The translations under genes were made by a program, and so were the position numbers. DNA of 64,000 nucleotides, taken from an uncultured Gammaproteobacteria bacterium (lineage in GTDB: Bacteria; Pseudomonadota; Gammaproteobacteria; DRLM01). Of the stretch, positions 44,126-51,564 are shown piece after piece. The stretch covers positions 1,216,001-1,280,000 of the forward strand of contig CAVSNY010000007.1 of NCBI GenBank assembly GCA_963729605.1. The letters are read 5' to 3'. How positions within the stretch are numbered: the first letter of the stretch is position 1; every line of letters begins with the position of its first letter. The notes below the pieces were generated by a model that ran no database searches, was not told where the DNA came from, and saw nothing but the letters and a program-made list of their open reading frames with translations.

Positions 44126-45106
44126 ATGAAATGGTTTAAGAACATTCTTTGCGTGATTGATCCAGAAAAAACGCCGTCAACCACTTTGGCGCGTGCCGTG
44201 AGGCTGGCGGAAAACAATCAGGCCGATCTGACGGTCGTCGATGTCGCCGAGCGGGTTGTGCCCGTGACCGGGATGGCGGAGGGCGACGCGATCTTCGCCG
44301 ATCTGCCGCAGGCGCTGGTGGAGGAACATGCGCAAGGATTGGCGGCCCTGGTCGAGCCTTACCGCAAGCGTGTCGCTATCCGGAGCAAGGTGTTGACCGG
44401 CACGCCTTTCCTGGAAATCATCCGCGAAGTGCTGCGCGGCAAGCACGATCTGGTGATCAAGATTCCCGAGCAACAGAATTGGTTACGGCGCTTACTCGGC
44501 AGCGATGATATGCACCTGCTGCGCAAGTGTCCCTGCCCGGTCTGGTTGATCAGGCCCGGCGAGCCGAGTAACTATCAACGCATCATGGCGGCGGTCGATG
44601 TCGACGATACCCACCCGCCGGCGGAACTGGCAACGCGGCATGCCCTGAATCGCCAGACGCTGGAGTTGGCGCTGTCCCTGGCGCTGTCCGACTTCGCCGA
44701 GTTGCATGTGGTGCATGTTTGGAATGCGATCGGCGAGGGCACTATGCGCGGGGCGTTCATGCGCAAACCGGAGGACGAGATCGTCGCCTACGTGGAACAG
44801 GTAGGGCGGCATCACGCGGACCGGCTCGATGCGCTCATGCGCGAGGTGACGGGTCAGCTTGGTGCGGACGCGCTGAATTATCTCAAACCTCACGTGCATC
44901 TGGTGAAGGGTGATGCGCGCACGGGGATTCCGGAGCTGGCCATGCATCTCGCGGTCGATCTCATCGTCATGGGGACCGTGGCCCGCACCGGCATTCCCGG
45001 GTTCGTCATGGGCAACACCGCCGAGACCATTCTCAACCAGATCGAATGCTCGGTGCTCGCCGTCAAGCCGCCCGGTTTCATCACACCCGTTACCCTGGAG
45101 GCATGA
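44126..45106 (+). CDS. tandem universal stress protein (UspE-like), paralog of 38267-39238
   Basis: MKWFKNIL, DMHLLRKCPCPVW, VMGTVARTGIPGFVMGNTAE. Confidence 0.92.
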   Translation: MKWFKNILCVIDPEKTPSTTLARAVRLAENNQADLTVVDVAERVVPVTGMAEGDAIFADLPQALVEEHAQGLAALVEPYRKRVAIRSKVLTGTPFLEIIREVLRGKHDLVIKIPEQQNWLRRLLGSDDMHLLRKCPCPVWLIRPGEPSNYQRIMAAVDVDDTHPPAELATRHALNRQTLELALSLALSDFAELHVVHVWNAIGEGTMRGAFMRKPEDEIVAYVEQVGRHHADRLDALMREVTGQLGADALNYLKPHVHLVKGDARTGIPELAMHLAVDLIVMGTVARTGIPGFVMGNTAETILNQIECSVLAVKPPGFITPVTLEA

Positions 45107-45110
45107 GCCG

Positions 45111-45389
45111 GTGCAAGTGATCTATTTGTCGTTGGTCCTATTTCTGTTGCTGAACCTCGCCGCCGGAATGTGGCGGGTGCTGCGCGGGCCGACCGCCGCG
45201 GATCGCATGCTGGCCGCGCAATTGTTCGGCACCACGGCGGTGGCCGTGCTGTTGTTGCTGGCGCAGGCCGGTGACGCTGCCGCCCTGCGCGATGTGGCGC
45301 TGGTCTTCGCGCTGCTGGCGGCGGTGACGGCGGTGGCCTTCGTGCGGCGCGCCTGGCCGGAACAGGAGGTGCGGCGTGACGCTGATTGA
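45111..45389 (+). CDS. mrpF: Mrp antiporter subunit F
   Basis: RGPTAADRMLAAQ, DVALVFALL; GTG start inferred. Confidence 0.85.
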   Translation: MQVIYLSLVLFLLLNLAAGMWRVLRGPTAADRMLAAQLFGTTAVAVLLLLAQAGDAAALRDVALVFALLAAVTAVAFVRRAWPEQEVRRDAD

Positions 45390-45675
45390 TTACCTGGCCT
45401 TCGGGCTCCTCATCGGCGGCGCTGTCTTTTTTCTGGCCGGTACCGTCGGTCTGTTGCGCTTTCCCGATACCTATTGCCGGCTGCATGCCCTGACCAAGGC
45501 CGACAACGTGGGGCTGGGCCTGACGGTGGCGGGACTCGCCGTGCAGGCGGAATCCTGGGCGGTGGCGGGAAAGCTGCTGTTGATCTGGCTGCTGGTGTTG
45601 TTCGCCGGGGCCAGCGTGTCATATCTGATTGCGCAGGGGGCGCTGCAGCGTGGGATACGTCCATGGCAGCGCTGA
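45376..45675 (+). CDS. mrpG: Mrp antiporter subunit G
   Basis: GLLRFPDTYCRLHALTKAD. Confidence 0.9.
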   Translation: MTLIDYLAFGLLIGGAVFFLAGTVGLLRFPDTYCRLHALTKADNVGLGLTVAGLAVQAESWAVAGKLLLIWLLVLFAGASVSYLIAQGALQRGIRPWQR

Positions 45676-46600
45676 CGGCCGGGGCGATCGACGCCCTGCT
45701 GGCCCTGGCACTGGTGGGACTGGCCTGGAGGGTGCTCGCCAGTGCGGACCTGTTCAAGGCCATCGTCTTGTTTATTGCCTTCGGACTAGTGATGGCTCTG
45801 GCCTGGGTACGGCTGGAGGCGCCGGACATCGCCCTGGCCGAGGCGGCCATCGGCGCCGGCCTGACCGGTGCCCGTTGTTGACCGCGGCCTCGAAATTGCG
45901 CGCCACACAGGCGGGGGTCGCAGCCGCCGGTAGCGCGCGCGGCATCCGATCCATTCCATTCTTGATCGTGATGCTGTTCCTCGCCGCCGGCCTGGGTTAC
46001 GTGGTGTCGTCGCTGCCGCCCAACGCCACCGGACTGAGCGGCGACGTCGCCGCGAATCTCGACGTCAGCGGGGTGAGCAACCCGGTGACCGCGGTGCTGC
46101 TCAATTTCCGCGGCTACGACACCCTGCTAGAGGTGATCGTGTTATTGCTGGCGCTGCTGGGCGTATGGTCACTGGGTGGCACGGCCGCGCGCCGCGAGTC
46201 CCATCCAAGTGCAGTATTGGATATCCTGTCGCGTTTCTTGGCGCCGTTGTTGATCCTGATCGCCGTTTACCTGTTGTGGGCTGGTGCCCATGCGCCAGGC
46301 GGCGCCTTTCAGGCGGGCGCGGTACTCGCCGCCGCCGGGGTGCTGTTGCTGTTGGCGGGTTGGCGGATGCCCGCCGCGCTGGGGGCGCAACCCATGAGGC
46401 GGGTGTTGGTGCTGGGGCCGGCTGTCTTCCTAGTATTGGCCGTGATCACCCTGCTGCTTGAAGGCCGCTTGCTGCAATTTCCCCCGGCGTGGGCCGGATG
46501 GCTGATTCTGATGATTGAAACCGCGGCGACGGTCTCCATCGCGGTCACCCTGGCGGCACTGTTTCTGGGCACCCCACCCGGGGACGAGGAGCGGCAATGA
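45663..46600 (+). pseudogene. mrpB: DUF4040 + MnhB fusion subunit with a single frameshift near 45873
   Basis: APDIALAEAAIGAGLTGA continues in another frame as LLTAAS..NPVTAVLLNFRGYDTLLE..PGGAFQAG; GCC C-G TTG fits loss of one T from GCC CTG TTG. Confidence 0.85.
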
Positions 46601-46905
46601 ACACCGCCGTTTTCTATGCCGTCGCGGGTGTCGGGCTGTTTTCGCTCGGTCTGCATGCCTTGATTGTGCATGCGCATCTGCTGCGCAAAATCCTGGCGCT
46701 CAATGTGATGGGCAGCGGCGTCTTCCTGGTGCTGGCAGCCTTGGCGAAACATGCCGGCGCCGCCATCCCGGACCCGGTACCCCACGCCATGGTCATCACC
46801 GGTATCGTGGTGGCGGTCGCGGCCACGGCGCTGGCGCTAGTGCTGATGCTCAAGCTGGAGGCGGCGACCGGCCATGCCGAGCTGCCCGGCAAAGAACACG
46901 AGTAG
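46597..46905 (+). CDS. mrpC: Mrp antiporter subunit C
   Basis: LLRKILALN, DPVPHAMVITGIVV. Confidence 0.9.
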   Translation: MNTAVFYAVAGVGLFSLGLHALIVHAHLLRKILALNVMGSGVFLVLAALAKHAGAAIPDPVPHAMVITGIVVAVAATALALVLMLKLEAATGHAELPGKEHE

Positions 46906-46910
46906 CCTCG

Positions 46911-48368
46911 ATGGCGGCCTGGCTGGAGATCCCGTGGGGCGTCGTGCTGATCGTGCTGCCGCTGGCGGCAGGGATGGCGGCGTTCCTTTGGCCGCGCGCC
47001 GCGCAGCCGCTGGGGTGGACTTGCGTCCTGGCCGTGGCCCTGGCGGTGGCGGGCTTGGGCGCGCAGCTCATGGTCCACGGGGTGTTCCGTCACGCCATTG
47101 GCGGCTGGGGTGCGCCGCTGGGCATCGAACTCTATGCCGACGGCCTGAGCCTGCTGTTGCTCGCCGCGACCGCCGTGGTGGGGCTGGGCGTCAGCGTCTA
47201 TGCCGCGGCGTATTTTAAAGACGAGGCAGCGCACCGGTTCTGGCCCCTCTGGTTGTTTCTGCTGGCGGCGCTGAACGCACTGTTTCTGTCGGCCGATGTG
47301 TTCAATCTGTACGTCACCCTGGAGCTGCTGGGGCTGGCGGCGGTTTCCTTGGCGGCGTTGTCGGGCGGCAGTGCCGCACTGGGCGCGGCGATGCGTTATC
47401 TGCTGGCGATGCTGCTGGGATCGCTTGCCTATTTGCTGGGCGTGGCGCTGCTCTATCACGGTTTCGGCAGCGTGGATATCGCGACACTGGCTGGGCGGAT
47501 GACGCCGGTGCCGGCGGCCTGGGCGGCGCTGGGCTTGATGAGCGCTGGCTTGATACTGAAGACGGCGCTGTTTCCCTTGCACTTCTGGTTGCCACCGACC
47601 CACGCCAGCGCCCCGGCGCCGGTGAGCGCCTTGCTCTCGGCATTGGTGGTCAAGGCTTCCTTTTATATTCTGCTGCGCCTATGGATCACGCTCTTCGGCC
47701 CACTCACCGGCGAAGGCGTGGCCGCGTTATTTGGCCTACTGGGCGCCGCGGCGGTGCTGTGGGGCTCCGTGCAGGCCTTGCGCCAGACCCGACTGAAGAT
47801 GCTGGTGGCCTATTCGACGGTAGCGCAGATCGGTTACCTGTTTCTGGCCTTTCCGTTGGCCGCCGCTGCCGCGGTGACGGCCTGGAACGCGGCTGCGGTC
47901 CTGGTGCTGTCCCACGCCCTGGCCAAGTCAGCGATGTTTCTGGCGGCGGGCAATCTGCTGCACTTCGGCGGCCACGATCGCATCGCGGACCTCGATCGCG
48001 TGGTGCAGCGTCTGCCGCTCAGCGCCTTCGCCTTCGCTTTGGCCGGGGTGAGCCTCATGGGCTTGCCGCCCAGCGGCGGTTTCATCGGCAAGTGGCTGCT
48101 GCTAGAGGCGGCGCTGGCGCAGGGACGCTGGGACCTGGCGGCGGTGATGCTCCTCGGTGGTCTGCTCGCCGCGGCCTATGTGTTCAAGGTGCTGGGGCAT
48201 GCCTTCACCCAGGCCGATGTGACGCATGAGCCCAGGGCGGTTCCCGCGCGCATGGAGTGGGCGGCGTTAGTGCTGGCGTGCGGCGCCATTCTGCTGGGCT
48301 TTGTGGCCACGCCGTTGCTGTCCCTACTGGAGATCGGCGCGCCGTTTGGTAGCGGGGAGGGACCGTGA
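46911..48368 (+). CDS. mrpD: MrpD-like proton-conducting membrane subunit
   Basis: GGWGAPLGIELYADGLS, DVFNLYVTLE, KTALFPLHFWLP, GLPPSGGFIGKW. Confidence 0.9.
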   Translation: MAAWLEIPWGVVLIVLPLAAGMAAFLWPRAAQPLGWTCVLAVALAVAGLGAQLMVHGVFRHAIGGWGAPLGIELYADGLSLLLLAATAVVGLGVSVYAAAYFKDEAAHRFWPLWLFLLAALNALFLSADVFNLYVTLELLGLAAVSLAALSGGSAALGAAMRYLLAMLLGSLAYLLGVALLYHGFGSVDIATLAGRMTPVPAAWAALGLMSAGLILKTALFPLHFWLPPTHASAPAPVSALLSALVVKASFYILLRLWITLFGPLTGEGVAALFGLLGAAAVLWGSVQALRQTRLKMLVAYSTVAQIGYLFLAFPLAAAAAVTAWNAAAVLVLSHALAKSAMFLAAGNLLHFGGHDRIADLDRVVQRLPLSAFAFALAGVSLMGLPPSGGFIGKWLLLEAALAQGRWDLAAVMLLGGLLAAAYVFKVLGHAFTQADVTHEPRAVPARMEWAALVLACGAILLGFVATPLLSLLEIGAPFGSGEGP

Positions 48369-49876
48369 ACTGGGATGCCTGGCTGCCGCTGCTGGTAGTG
48401 CTGAGCTCGCTGCTGCCGGGGCTGTTCATCTTTGTGTTGCCCGAGGAAAGGGTAGGCCTGCGCACCGCGCTCAACGTAACCGGTGCCGTTGCCAAATTGT
48501 TGCTCGTGGGGTGGATGCTGTGGGGCGTCGCGCAGGGGCATCACTACGAGGCGCGGTTGCCGTTGCTGCCGGATATCGAACTGGTGTTGCGGGCCGATCC
48601 GCTGGCCCTGTTGTTCGTCACCCTGTCGGCGCTGCTGTGGCTGCTGACCACCATTTATGCCATCGGTTACCTGGAAGGCTCGCCGCATCGCAGCCGCTTC
48701 TTCGGGTTCTTCAGCTTGTGCGTGACCGCGGCCGTCGGCGTGGCGCTGGCTGGCAATCTGCTCACCTTCCTGCTGTTCTATGAATTGTTGACCTTGACCA
48801 CCTATCCGCTGGTGGTGCATCGCGGCACCGAAGCGGCGCGCAAGGCCGGGCAGACCTATCTCGTCTACACTTTGGCCGGCGGCGCCCTGCTGTTGCTGGG
48901 CACGGTGTGGCTTTATACCTTGACCGGCACACTGGAATTCACCGCGCGTGGTTTTCTCCACGCGATGGACGCGGCACATCATCCGTCATTGATCGTCATC
49001 TTTATCCTGCTGATCGCCGGACTGGGTGTGAAGGCGGCGCTGGTGCCGTTGCATGGTTGGTTGCCAAAGGCCATGGTCGCCCCGGCGCCGGTCAGTGCGC
49101 TGTTGCATGCGGTGGCGGTGGTGAAGGCCGGTGCCTTCGGCATCGTGCGAGTCGTTTACGATGTCTACGGCATCGAGTACGCACAGTCGCTCGATCTCCT
49201 GATGCCGCTCGCAGTTATCGCCGCCGTCACCATCATCTGGGGCAGCTTGCGCGCGCTGTTCCAGGACGACCTCAAGAAACGGCTGGCCTACTCCACCGTC
49301 AGTCAGGTTTCCTATATCGCGCTCGGCGTCACCTTGTTCGGTCCTGTTGGTACCATCGGCGGGCTCGTTCATCTGGTGCATCAGGGCATCATGAAGATCA
49401 CGCTGTTCTTCTGCGCCGGCAATTATGCCGAGACACTGGGCATTCACAAGATAAGCGAGATGAACGGCGCAGGACGGCGCATGCCGCTGACCACGCTGGC
49501 GTTCAGCATCGCCGCGCTGGGGATGATGGGCGCGCCGCTGACCGCCGGGGCGGTAAGCAAAGCCTGGCTGATGGATGGTGCGACGGCGGCGGACATGTCT
49601 TGGGTGGTCTGGGTGCTGTGGGCATCGAGCCTGCTCAACGCCGCCTATTTTCTGCCCATCCTGTGGCGAACCTGGTTTCGCCCGATGCCGGGCGCCTGGC
49701 CGGACGAACACCTTCCGGCACGGCCGGGGCGCGAAACCGCCTGGCTGCTGCTCCTGCCTCCTCTGGTGACCGCCGCGGCGATAATGGCGGCCAGTATATT
49801 CGCCACGCTCGAAATTAGCCCACTCGCCTGGGTACAAATGATCGCCGATCGTGAGTACTTCAGGGTCATTCCATGA
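48365..49876 (+). CDS. second MrpD-like proton-conducting membrane subunit
   Basis: FYELLTLTTYPLVVH, KAALVPLHGWLP.AMVAPAPVSALLHAVAVVKAG, RLAYSTVSQ. Confidence 0.9.
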   Translation: MNWDAWLPLLVVLSSLLPGLFIFVLPEERVGLRTALNVTGAVAKLLLVGWMLWGVAQGHHYEARLPLLPDIELVLRADPLALLFVTLSALLWLLTTIYAIGYLEGSPHRSRFFGFFSLCVTAAVGVALAGNLLTFLLFYELLTLTTYPLVVHRGTEAARKAGQTYLVYTLAGGALLLLGTVWLYTLTGTLEFTARGFLHAMDAAHHPSLIVIFILLIAGLGVKAALVPLHGWLPKAMVAPAPVSALLHAVAVVKAGAFGIVRVVYDVYGIEYAQSLDLLMPLAVIAAVTIIWGSLRALFQDDLKKRLAYSTVSQVSYIALGVTLFGPVGTIGGLVHLVHQGIMKITLFFCAGNYAETLGIHKISEMNGAGRRMPLTTLAFSIAALGMMGAPLTAGAVSKAWLMDGATAADMSWVVWVLWASSLLNAAYFLPILWRTWFRPMPGAWPDEHLPARPGRETAWLLLLPPLVTAAAIMAASIFATLEISPLAWVQMIADREYFRVIP

Positions 49877-50044
49877 GAGTGAGGCAACGTTTGTTCGAGA
49901 CGGACAACTTGATCAGCATGCACCGCGGGTTTCCTCTGCCTGTACTCGATTCACTCAAGGGTTTTTAATCATGGTGTTTTTCGTGGTATCGACGTCATGA
50001 CTAAATATAATTCAGAGAAATTAAAGGTCTTGTCAGGCTTGTTT

Positions 50045-50064
50045 ACAATCGAGTGGGAGTGACC
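50045..50064 (+). repeat. distal att copy of the guaA 3' end
   Basis: ACAATCGAGTGGGAGTGACC, 19/20 match to 36775-36794. Confidence 0.85.
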
Positions 50065-50163
50065 GGAAATTACAGGTATTCGGCCTCGCTTTGCGGTGAT
50101 ATGCAAAAGATGTATTTCACATGTATAGTTAATATGTCATCCCAAACTGGCGAGGACGGCCAT

Positions 50164-50367
50164 ATGACCGATGAAACCGCGGAACCCCACAAGCCCCAGT
50201 TCGCTTCCGCCCCTGGACAGGCGCGCAAGGCGGCGACCGTCGAAGACGCCATGGGCGCCGCCGTCGAACTGAAGCCCATGGTAGGAGTGGTACGACGCGT
50301 TGCCCGTGAGCGGCGCGCCGCCATCGCCAAGAAGGGTAAGATGGCCTTACCTCCCGAGCAGCGTTAA
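50164..50367 (+). CDS. small hypothetical ORF, possibly a decayed regulator
   Basis: GAGG RBS and ATG after an AT-rich region; no recognisable family. Confidence 0.3.
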   Translation: MTDETAEPHKPQFASAPGQARKAATVEDAMGAAVELKPMVGVVRRVARERRAAIAKKGKMALPPEQR

Positions 50368-50546
50368 TCCGGCAATAAGCCCAGGGCAAGGTCCCGGCGG
50401 CAACGCCCTGCGGGTGTTTCATAGCCGATGCGCCGTCGGGCGAGGAGGGCGCCGCGCTGCGTTCGGTTCGAGCTGCGACACCCACGCGGAATCCCATTTT
50501 CCAGGTGTGTGAAACGCACGGCCTCTCTCCGCTCGCCTTAAGGGCC

Positions 50547-50576
50547 GTAGGGCGGATGCGTGCAACGCGATCCGCC
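50547..50576 (+). repeat. single GTAG-type REP element
   Basis: GTAG-GGCGGAT...ATCCGCC hairpin. Confidence 0.55.
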
Positions 50577-50694
50577 GGATGGGTTTGTGAATGCAGCCAA
50601 GAACGCGGGCAAAACGCTGGCGGGCGTAGCATGCGCCATGCGTGCGAATAGTGAAGGCGTAGATGCTCAATGAAAGCGGTCGTTATCGGTGCCA

Positions 50695-50870
50695 CTACAC
50701 CTTCGCCTACGACGCCACCGACAAGCTGATCAGCAAAACCGATAATCAAAACCAAACCACCGATTTCCAATGTGGCCCGGCCCGCACGCTTGGTGTCCAC
50801 CTGCTACGCCGTGGGTAACCGTCAAATCCACACCGCGGCCGGGCAACTGCGCACGTACCAGCATCTTGCC
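50695..50870 (+). pseudogene. Rhs/YD-repeat remnant
   Basis: YTFAYDATDKLISKTDNQNQTTDFQ and YAVGNR..TAAGQLRTY. Confidence 0.55.
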
Positions 50871-50874
50871 AATA

Positions 50875-51026
50875 GCCGGATCGGGTGCGTCGGGATCGGC
50901 CATGATCAATGCCAAACACTTGGCAGTTGGCGGAATTCTTGACCAGTTTAGAGGGAAGATAGTCTGGGCCATCACAGGTCGGTGGAATCATGTTCTGATG
51001 TTTAAAAACGGATGAAATAATTTCAT
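50875..51026 (-). pseudogene. YbhB/YbcL (PEBP) N-terminal remnant
   Basis: Frameshifted SSVFKHQNMIP.TCDGPD / PLNWSRIPPTAKCLALIMADPDAPDP. Confidence 0.7.
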
Positions 51027-51326
51027 GATTTCCATTTCCTTTATTGACCAGGCGGACCGGGACGTTGATGCCGAAGCGAACATGCCGTCGTGCTGACGAA
51101 CTTTCAGAACGGCCATTCATCGAAGACGTTAAGAAAAATATAACCGGTCTTTGGTGCGACGCATGGAAGTGGATTTCTTAATTGCCAAGACAAGCGGCGA
51201 CTATTTTCCCGGCAGCATCGATAAGGTTACAGGTACGCGGGACTAGGCTAGTATAAAAAGCGGCATGGTTGACTGTTGCTGCGACAACAACCTAGCGCTG
51301 GCCCCAATTACAGGGAGCTCGATCCG

Positions 51327-51444
51327 ATGCCTCACAAAAAGCCTATTTCGTTCTCCTGCGCGCGAGAAGATATTGCGCGGCGTAACCGCGCTGGCCGACG
51401 CGGTGCGTTTTACTCCCGGTCCCAAATTCCAATCGGTGCTTATC
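51327..51444 (+). pseudogene. groEL: groEL N-terminal remnant
   Basis: MPHK then frameshifted LFRSPAREKILRGVTALADAVRFTPGPK..SVLI. Confidence 0.75.
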
Positions 51445-51564
51445 CGAGTGACGGGAGATATAACGCCGGGCGGATCAAGTTAAAATCTTTTACTACGGGC
51501 ATGAATTGATGTTCACTTTCGCGAACCGTCATCTCGGTAAGAGATGGGTCATTAACAGCGTAAA

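Larger units (their letters stand above)
36795..50064. mobile_element. guaA-anchored genomic island(s); no integrase found
   Basis: Bounded by direct repeats of the guaA 3' end, AT-rich flanks, IS91-family remnant inside. Confidence 0.75.

Noticed and set aside
49873-50044. Possible integrase start next to the distal att
   Set aside because: Only short ORFs with no tyrosine recombinase motifs
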